Made by a program: the position numbers and the translations under genes | The notes under the pieces: generated by a model | Databases searched by the model: none | Told to the model about the DNA's origin: nothing | What the model saw: the letters and a program-made list of their open reading frames with translations, nothing else | Origin: Octopus vulgaris | Taxonomy: Eukaryota | DNA length: 64,000 nt | NCBI GenBank assembly: GCA_951406725.2 | Contig: OX597819.1 | Coordinates: 105,338,001 to 105,402,000, forward strand | Direction of reading: 5' to 3' | Shown here: positions 56,570 through 64,000 of the stretch, one piece after another | Numbering within the stretch: the stretch's first letter is position 1 | Layout of the letters: every line of letters starts with the position of its first letter

Positions 56570-57180
56570 ATGGTCAACGGCTCAATGGAACAGTCATTTC
56601 TCTGATGAATCATTATTCACCATTTTCCCAATTCAGGGCGAAGCTTTTAGCTCTAATTGTTCGGCCTCAACCGTGCAGCATGAAGGAGGTCCTGTGATAA
56701 TTTGAGCAGCCATATTAAAGAATTCTCTTGACCCTTTAGTTGCTCTACACGATAGAACCAATATCTAGGAGTATCTGAGTATTTTGGCTGATCATTTCCA
56801 CCCTCTGTCACAAATATTATTCTCTGATGGTTGCACAATCTTCACACGGCTTATATTATTCAAAATTGTTACGGAGAGCACAAAAGTGTAAATCACTTGA
56901 ATTGCTTCCCTGCTCGATCACTGGCTCTCAATATAATCGAACATCTATGGTTCATTTTGGAGCAGCAAGTGAGGAGCCTTTTCTGCCTATTGTCTTCGTT
57001 GAAAGAGCTAAAAGATGTTTTGCTTGAAGAATGGCTTAAAGTTACCCTTACAACCGCGCAGAAACTACGAGTTAATTTCTCGATGTATTAAAGTTGTGAT
57101 TGAAGCCAGAAGTGAACCAGCTCTGGATTAAAAATAAAACTTCTATTTAACAAGCTGTTTCCATTATTTTTGTCTAAATC
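56570..57180 (+). pseudogene. Degenerate Tc1-like (DD34E) transposase remnant
   Basis: FSDES, decayed HGGGSVMIWAAI, YLSILADHFHP, LNIIEHLWFILEQQVR, LKELKDVLLEEWLK. Confidence 0.7.
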
Positions 57181-57976
57181 ACTTTAAGGCGGCGAGCTAG
57201 CAGAATCGTTAGCACGCTGGACCCAATACTTACCGGCATTTCTTCTGGATTTATGTTCTGAGTTGAAATACCACCGACGCCGACTTTCCCTTACATCCTC
57301 ACGAGGTCGATAAAATAAGTATCAGTCAATTACTGGGGTCGATGAAATCGACTGTAACTGCTCCAAAATTTCAGGCCTTGTGCCTATAGTAGAAAAGCTT
57401 ACTTTGTCCAACCCCAGTACGACGGACTTTCACATACTTTCCGTCTACGAATTGGTCGGCTTGGGTCTTTTGTAGAAGACACTTACTCAAGATGCGGCGC
57501 AAAGAAACTGGACCGAACCACGTGACTGGAAATGAACTTTTTAAGCACATATCTGTGAAAGCTAACATGACCTTTCCCGGATATAATCATTATTATTTCA
57601 AATAAATAAACAGTCAAAATTATAGATCAGTCGATATTGTGATTGAAAAAGTTATCGAAATCAGACTAAAAAAAAAGAAAAAATCAAGGTATTATGTTGT
57701 TGCTGTTTACTTCAGGTCAGCTGTGGTAGAACAAACTTACGATCAAAAGTATTCCAGCCACGACCTTTATGTCTATTTGTATATTAGCAGCAATAGTGTA
57801 CAATCTGTACTTCCTTTTAAAGACTGCAGAGAGCGATTTGCTGACGTGATTACTCATTTCGAAGTTGGACTTAATAAATTCAATTGACAAATGACGTTAA
57901 ACCCTATCTTTGTCAGTCTGTCTGCTTGTCCTCCCGCCTGCCTGCCTATCTGCCTCTGTTTATCAGTTTGTCTGTT

Positions 57977-58023
<47 letters not shown>

Positions 58024-58027
<4 letters not shown>

Positions 58028-58359
58028 CATATAAAAGAAGTAAAAGAAAATGGAAATTAGGAAATTAATAATTGGTTATTATTAACAGCAAATTAATTAT
58101 CACCACTTACAGCTGTTTCAATTAATACTCAGTAAATATTAAATCCATATGACCTAAGCATAATATCTTCAGAGGGGAAAAAATATACTCTTGGATGTAT
58201 ATTTTTTCCCCACTGAAGATATGCTTAGGTCATATAAATTTAATATTTACTGAGTATTAATTGAAACACCTGTAAGTGGTGATAATTAATTTGCTGTTAA
58301 TAATAAACAATTATTAACTTCCCAATATCCATTTCCTTTTCTGCTTTTATATGAATATA
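58024..58359. repeat. Head-to-head palindrome of a hammerhead-bearing ~165-bp unit between two (TA)n tracts
   Basis: Arms 58024-58188 and 58197-58359, 8-nt loop tcttggat; HHR motifs at 58103-58177(-) and 58208-58279(+): CUGAAGA..GAAA-CAGCUG/CACCUG-UA-AGUGG. Confidence 0.88.
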
Positions 58360-58370
58360 AGCTATTTGTT

Positions 58371-58427
<57 letters not shown>

Positions 58428-58643
58428 CTATTATTTTAAAGAAATGAATTCCCCCCAAATACTTGGTATTGAATCAATATTTCCTTGGATGAGACCATCC
58501 ATTCATGAGTTAACACAACCTCTAATCGTATATATATATATATTAGATATTAGATAATAAAACGAATAGTTTATACCTGGTAGCTTACCGGTAAAGCACA
58601 GTCACTTTCATAGTGTTCGTTATGTATAGGGAGACGGAAGATG

Positions 58644-59021
58644 GAAGATACAAGAATTTCCATTAATCACTACAACTGTGTCGACACATCTGGCATCGAT
58701 CCCTCACGGGTGGGGTACATAACAACTGGTTCAGAAGCATTCGACGGTGCCGATGTATCTTTTCGGGTGATAAATATTTTATTTTATTATTCATCTATCA
58801 AATGAAGCGCTATGTCCTTTAATTTACAGCTTTTCTTTGCACGAAATGGGAAGATATATTACGGAACTGCTATTTTAACGAGTTGTATATATTTATTACC
58901 CGAAGAAACACATCTACACCGTCGGATGCTTCTGAATCAGTTGTTAAGTATCCCACTCGTGAGGGATCGCTGCTTGATATGTCGAAACAATTGTAATGAT
59001 TAATAAAAATTCTCGTATCGT
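58644..59021. repeat. Older inverted pair of a second hammerhead-bearing unit with ~110-bp spacer
   Basis: 58644-58777 pairs with 58889-59021; two-arm consensus AUCAC-CCGAAGA-GACACAUC..GAUGUGUC-GAAA-CAAUUG-UA-GUGAU (58666-58771 minus; 58895-59000 plus). Confidence 0.8.
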
Positions 59022-59624
59022 CCCCCCTCTCTCTCTATATATATATACGCACACATCATCTTAACGTTGCTAAGTGTTTCAAAGACATGCGACTTAACTC
59101 GAAAAGTGAGTTACACGAAAAATCATTAAAAGAATTTGTTAGCTGATACCTGCTTTAATAAATGATTTGTACATATTTTCACATGTATTTTATTTGAGTT
59201 TCCATTCCAGTGTTGGTTTTAGGTGCTTCTTTAAAATTTTTTATGCCGTTTTAGATATTTTCACTGAGACCGACATAAATCGGCTGAAGTTGAGGTTTAT
59301 TTTTCCATTAAATTCTTTAAAAACAACGTAGAGTCGGAAAAGACGTAAATGGAAGCGACGTCAGTTCAGGTATATGTGTGTATGTGTGTGTGTGTGTGTG
59401 TAAAAGCGTTTGTCACTTTCTTTTATGGGTAGCCATGACTGAACTTTCCTTGTTTACTTGATCTTTCTTTCTTTCTTTCGTTCTTTCTTTCTTTCTTTCT
59501 TTCTTTCTTTACCTGGAGCAGCATTTGGTTCCCTCTTTGACCATATGTTTCCAGAAGAGAAAATAGGAAAAAGCACACATATAAAACACATAGACTCGCA
59601 TACACAAACACAGACACACACACA

Positions 59625-59702
<78 letters not shown>

Positions 59703-60564
59703 GATACAGATGCAAACGCATGCGCAGATAAAATAGAAACAATAATAAACGAGTGAAGAACGAATATATAGTGTGTGTGTTTATTTGGCTAGAAAAAAAT
59801 GACCGTCTCGAAATATAACAATAAATTTTATGCTTTTGCCAACAAGATTAATGACGTAAAGAAATAAAATTAAATAACTTTTTGAACAGAAACCGTGCTG
59901 CGTTCTTTTCTTCGTCTACAGTGATAGCTTATATGTCCAATTATTTAAAAAAAAAAAGACCCAGAGAACACTGGAAGTTGTATGGCTTCCTCGCTTTTCA
60001 TCAAAGGAATTTATCGTGTAAATGAAATCAAATGCATCTAGACAAGAAGTGGAATTGTGTCTCTACCCCAATTTGTTAGGAACACTTTTTTTGTTCTGTT
60101 GCATTAACCTATTTTAATTTCTAACCGAGATACAAGACCTCTGTTTCAAGGTAGAGTGCAATCGATTAGATAAATCTTCTCTTGAACTTTGTTTTATCGC
60201 TATCATAAGGATGAATGATAAAGTCAACCATGCCAGGATTCGAACTCAGATGCAAATAAGTCAAAGTTAAATATTGCAAAATAGCTTTATATGACACTCA
60301 ACGTTAGGATGACAACTACTAAATACTGCAGAATATTTTTATCCGAAGCTCAACATTAGGACGATAGCTGTTATCACAAAGCATGATAACTGCTTCTCTT
60401 ACGAGGGATAAACTGTATCTTTGTGATCTATTTTAAAAGATCCTAATGTTATGTCATATTAACCGGTTTCAGTGGTTTTGTGTGTGAATAAATAACTCAT
60501 TAGTTCGGTTCTTTCTGTGAACTCGCAGTAAAATAGGAACTTTAATATTTTAAACTGTACCAAG

Positions 60565-60608
60565 GTGGTGGGAACAAAGACAGACACGAAAACGGATACA
60601 CACACACA

Positions 60609-60657
<49 letters not shown>

Positions 60658-60803
60658 GATGGTCGTCCTTCAGTTTCCGTCTGGCAAGGCTTTAGTCGGC
60701 CCGAGGCTACAGTAAAATACACTTGCCCAAAGTGCCACGCAGTGGGACTGAACCCGGAACTATGCGGTTGGGAAGCAAACTTATCACATAGCCACGCCTG
60801 CAC
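60565..60803 (-). mobile_element. SINE family A 5' half
   Basis: acacttgcccaaagtgccacgcagtgggactgaacccggaac...cacatagccacgcctgcac. Confidence 0.8.
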
Positions 60804-62025
60804 TCGTTAAAATATTCTTTAAGCTTTGATACATTACAAACACACTGCAGTGGTCATACCAATAAAAGAAGATTGTGGTGATTACTTGATCCATTTTAGC
60901 AATTCGATGGGTTAGTAAAATATGTAGATGCAAGATAACTGAGTTGATAAAGCAGTGGACTACCTATTAAATATCTTAAGTTCGGATCCACTGAAAAAGC
61001 TACACTCCTTTTCTCAATATAACAGTACAGTCTACATTATTTACGCTCAGCTAGATGGGGAAAATACTGAATAATCTCAAGGAAAACTTGATGGTTATTC
61101 CACATCACACCAAGTAGTTGAAGTTAAGGTCTGTCTCTGAAAAGTTTTTCTGGGTTCAGAAAAACATTTTCTGGGTATTTCTATTTATTAAAAAGAAACA
61201 TAAACGAAGGTAACGAGAAGACAAGATTAGCACTAAGCAAAATTCCGCTGAATTGCGTATACGAAACGGTTTCGATTAAAAGTTTCAGTCATTTTTGTCT
61301 TCGTTGCATCTCTGAATAAAAGTGCTGTTCATTCTTTCTTCCCCACTGAAAATAATGAAAATAAAAGTCCACGGAAAGATACGACAGATTACAATTAAAG
61401 AACATGGTCCTTTTATGTTTGATAATAACTAAATATTTTTACATGCACATGATTTATGTAACTTATCTCTTTCTGTTTATTATCTTGTCTTCTGTAATAA
61501 TTCAAACCATACATATGATGCATCTGATATATAACGATACAAATGCACATATATCTCACTATATAATCAAAACTGTAAATAACCTTTTGGTTAATATAAA
61601 ATAATAGTAAAATAGTGTTCAATTTGAACACCGTCTTTGCTCTAAAAACAGTTTTCATTCATTGGGGCCACCTTCTTTTCTACTTCCTGTCGCCATTTTA
61701 AAACTTTGATTCACTTCTTTGACATTTCTGCCAACATGACGATAATGTTATAGCAATTATAATTTTAGAAAAATGGAAGTAATATTGTTCATATATACCA
61801 AGTAAAGCAAACGAAAACACTCTCACATTTGACTATTTTATAACTTTCAATTTTTCTTTAAAATGTTTACTATTGAAGATTATTTCAATATTTCATATAA
61901 ATATTTATTGTTAGTTTACGAAATTTTCATTTCCTTTTCATATTTCACTATTTTACAAGTTTGAATGTTTCATGAAATGATTGGGAAGGTTACTTTGGGC
62001 TGTGACATCCTATTTAGACGAGATA

Positions 62026-62127
<102 letters not shown>

Positions 62128-62137
62128 ACACACACGC

Positions 62138-62175
<38 letters not shown>

Positions 62176-62399
62176 TGCATAAACCAAGGGAAAATTCGCT
62201 TAGTTTTTTGAATATTGCACAAATCAAGTGCTCGACTGATAAATTATTTTAAAGACCATGAAACGATAAAAAACAAAGCTGACCTTGGCAGTGCAAGGCA
62301 TTCGGGCGAAATTTACAATTTGCATAAAAAGAAAAGAAAATACAACATCCCATCCAAAAATAAAAATTACTGTAAAAGAAAATATCAACGAATCACAGC

Positions 62400-63511
62400 T
62401 AAATTATAGCTGGGAGGTGACAGTTTACTCAAAGTAGCCGTCTTCAGCCTTTGGCGCATGCGTTCCTCACTGTGTCCCTGAGAAGATCTTCGAACACTCC
62501 CTTGATCATGTCCACTAGTTCGGCCTTGGTGTTTGCAGGCAGAACGGTTGGTGACTTTCTCAACTGCATCTCACACATAGTAATCCATGGGTTTAGAATT
62601 GGGGGATGCCAGAAATTGGGGTTGTTGAAGTCGTAGAAATTCTCCGACAGCCACTTCTAACTCTTACCGGAGGTATGGCAAAGAGCCGAATCCTGCTGCA
62701 ACACATATGGCTTTCCAGCAATAACCCTCTCCAGGTGGGGATTTACCACAGTCTCCAGAAGCTTCACATAACCGTCTGAATTGAGCTTAAGGCCCTGTTC
62801 AAAGATGTGGGACGGCATGACATTACCCTCACTACCAGTGACCAAATACCATGATATGTAGGACATCCCATGGATTGTAGACAAGCCATCTGTTATTCTG
62901 GATGTTGTGCAACTGGCCCTAGCAGAAGTTCTTTTCTTTTGAGAAGAACCAGGTCATTGCAGACTCAACAGGATATCTCAGCTTATTCAGAAGCCTATTT
63001 ACCTTCGTCAAGCAGTTCTCTTTGGCCTTGGTTGTCAGAATTTGTCCCTTGCAACCACTTGTACGAGAGGCGGCGAAGATTCTCATCATGACGACTCCAA
63101 CATCTATCTCTCTCGCCAAAGTTCGGATTCCTTTGCTCAGATCTTCTATCACATTGTTGTGAAGTTGTTGAATGAATCCTGGCGTGCGGACGCAGCCAGA
63201 GCACCTGTTGGCCACAACTTCGTTGTCTCCGTTGCAATTGTCCATATAACGTCTTACAATCTTTACAGTGTTCATAGAGCATCGGGCAGAAATCAGGCTG
63301 TAGGCAATTTGATACTCGGTGCGAATCATCTTGATGCATGTCACTCTTTTATAATACTCAGATGGCTTCTAGTCTTCCATGTCAGCTAAACTTTTCTTAG
63401 CTACAACTTTAATCTTTATGCTCTCAAGCGCTGTTGACTATTCAGCAATATATCAAGCTGTTTCTAAGAAAGGAGATATAAAAGATCGTCAAATTTTGAC
63501 TGAGTACCCTG
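62400..63511 (-). mobile_element. Degenerate maT/DD37D-like Tc1-mariner transposon
   Basis: WFFSKEKNF, YVKLLETVV, YVLQQDSALCHTS, decayed WPPNSPDxNPxDYYV motif near 62570-62620; minus-strand terminus cagggtactcagtcaaaattt. Confidence 0.8.
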
Positions 63512-63624
63512 AATTTGAACTAAATACGTAAAGGGCCGTAGCCTAGCATTTTGTCCAGCGCCCTAACAATTCGGTCAATATGAAAAAGAAAAAAATGATT
63601 TGCAAATAAACCGGTAACAAACCC

Positions 63625-64000
63625 TTTTCTACTCAAGACACAAGGCCCGAAATTTTTGGGGAGGGGCCAATCGATTAGATCGACCCCAATACTCTACTGG
63701 TACTTAATTTATCGACCCCGAAATAATGAAAGGCAAAGTCGACCTCGGCGGAGTTTGATTTCAGAACATAAAGACAGACGAAATACCTATTTCTTTACTA
63801 CCCACAAGGAGCTAAACACAGAGAGGACAAACAAGGACAGACAAACGGATTAAGTCGATTATATCGACCCCAGTGCATAACTGGTACTTATTTAATCGAC
63901 CCCGAAAGGATGAAAGGCAAAGTCGACCTCGGCGGAATTTGAACTCAGAACGTAACGTCAGACGAAATACTGCTAAGTATTTCGCCCGGCGTACTAACGT
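63625..64000 (-). mobile_element. Family-B SINEs (young copy abutting an older one), cut by the window edge
   Basis: Two successive tggtactta.tt.atcgaccc..gaaaggcaaagtcgacctcggcgga units. Confidence 0.85.

Noticed and set aside
59330-59380. gacgtca motif followed by cag|gtatat donor-like site
   Set aside because: Short motifs expected by chance; no other gene evidence.
61655-61705. Minus-strand aaaATGGCG start / YY1-ETS-like motifs
   Set aside because: Frame closes after 13 codons, weak donor, no linked exons.

Overview
AT-rich eukaryotic DNA saturated with microsatellites; the SINE families and repeat landscape point to a cephalopod, probably Octopus (inference). No host gene could be supported. 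Near-intact retroelements: (1) a young Penelope-like element (PLE; RT + Zn-linker + GIY-YIG, Neptune-like) at 1654-5496 joined head-to-head to an inverted, almost identical copy of its own 3' part (1-1653); (2) a full-length two-ORF Tx1/L1-clade LINE inside a compound (TCTA)n(TCTG)n array, followed by a truncated relative; (3) a 5'-truncated CR1-clade LINE in (TA)n. Decayed PLE (including a Naiad-like one), Tx1, RTE, mariner, maT/DD37D-like and Tc1 remnants and many tRNA-derived SINEs fill the rest. The main signal invisible to the ORF track is a set of eight type-I minimal hammerhead-ribozyme (HHR) motifs with palindromic stem III. One lies in the PLE terminal repeat behind a CCAAT/TATA promoter; the others lie in short non-coding units that mostly end at (TA)n. 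Two of these units are head-to-head palindromic HHR pairs that miniaturise the large PLE inversion, and three unrelated units share a CCGA (U4C) variant core. All structures were folded and aligned by eye.
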